Assembly: GCA_035221665.1 (NCBI GenBank) | Contig: CM069160.1 | Coordinates: 2,976,001-3,040,000, forward strand | Length of the DNA: 64,000 nt | DNA from: Okamejei kenojei | Taxonomy: Eukaryota | Direction of reading: 5' to 3' | In this document: positions 63,218-64,000 of the stretch, in pieces | Position numbering within the stretch: position 1 is the first letter of the stretch | Layout of the letters: each line of letters begins with the position of its first letter | Notes under the pieces: generated by a model | Database searches by the model: none | What the model was told of the DNA's origin: nothing | The model's input: only the letters and a program-made list of their open reading frames with translations | Program-made: the position numbers and the translations under genes

Positions 63218-64000
63218 AAGTGAACAACTGTCAGATCACTGAGGACCAGGCGAAAGCAGCAGCTCTTGCAAATCAATTTGAACACGTTATCACTCGGGAA
63301 TATACGGAGACTTCATCATTCCCATATCTGCCGCCCAGCCCGTGTGCTGATATGCCTGCTGTTAAAATTGAGGATGAAGGTATCAATAAGTTATTGCTCT
63401 CAACATCAACATAACACACGACATGGACCAGACCACATACAGAATCAAGCCCTTAAGATCGCGGCCGAAGAACTGGCTCCTGTTTTGCAGTTCATTTTCC
63501 AACAGTCGCTTGACTCAGGTGATGTTCCGCTGGATTGGAGGAAGGCTAACATCACCACACTCTTTAAGAAGGGTTCAACCACCAACCCGGCGAATTATCA
63601 TCCTGTTTCATTAACGACCATTTGCTGCAAACTGCTGCAGCATTTAATCGATATTAATTTGATGAGGCAAACATAACATACTGGCTGACAACAAACAGGC
63701 ATTTGGGAGGCATGGATCATGCGAGTCTCAACTTATCCTGACCACAAATGACCTGGCCAAGAACCTAGACAGCAATGTCGACACGGATTTAGTAGTGCTA
63801 CAGGTTTTTAAAGCATTTGATGTCATCCCACACCAGAGACTGCTTGAATTCTGCGGTTTTCGTTCCAACACAAATCATGGATTTCCAGTTTTCTGACAAA
63901 ACATCTTGAAAGTAGGCATGCAGGTGCAACAGGCAGTGAAGAAAGCGAAAGGTATGTTAGCACTGATAGCAAAACAAGATTTGCTTATAAGAGCAGGAAG

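Larger units (their letters stand above)
59077..63900 (+). mobile_element. Decayed invertebrate-like CR1-clade LINE, partly tandem-duplicated (59077-60345 and 60347-62450) with nested insertions
   Basis: INCRS, AGISDH, PPWFSAKLKRL, FWRYVK, GPDHIQNQALK, VPLDWRKANITTLFKKG, GSCESQLILTTNDLAKNLD. Confidence 0.85.

Overview
Repeat-dense vertebrate genomic DNA, most likely from a cartilaginous fish such as a skate or ray. This is inferred from the CR1/Penelope/SINE repertoire and the shark-type gene sequences. Host genes: (1) an intact two-exon class A GPCR of the GPR139/GPR142-like family expanded in elasmobranchs (minus strand, 32535-32466 + 27278-26365, 327 aa); (2) a decayed paralogue of it (4279-3584); (3) a divergently oriented MHC class I heavy-chain gene with classical (UAA-like) alpha1 residues (plus strand). 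The MHC gene has an X1-X2-Y promoter module, leader exon 45461-45527, alpha1 exon 51382-51639 with two compensating frameshifts beside an N-gap, and no visible alpha2 exon. Its alpha3 exon (55396-55643) ends early in a stop followed immediately by AATAAA, and no TM exon was found. An orphan copy of the GPCR upstream region lies just downstream of the MHC gene, so the class I gene appears to sit inside a GPCR tandem array with a probable deletion at its 3' end. The rest is nested transposons: Tc1 in CR1; full-length L1 in a Gypsy LTR in Penelope; a satellite-laden Helitron in CR1; Rex1, Vingi, Tx1, a chromovirus, and a duplicated invertebrate-like LINE. Penelope terminal repeats carry minimal hammerhead-ribozyme cores, and one repeat carries a small spindlin-like Tudor ORF. 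Two N-gaps (49851-50047, 51641-51773) and noisy GT/CT tracts limit conclusions about the MHC gene. Most repeat boundaries are approximate.
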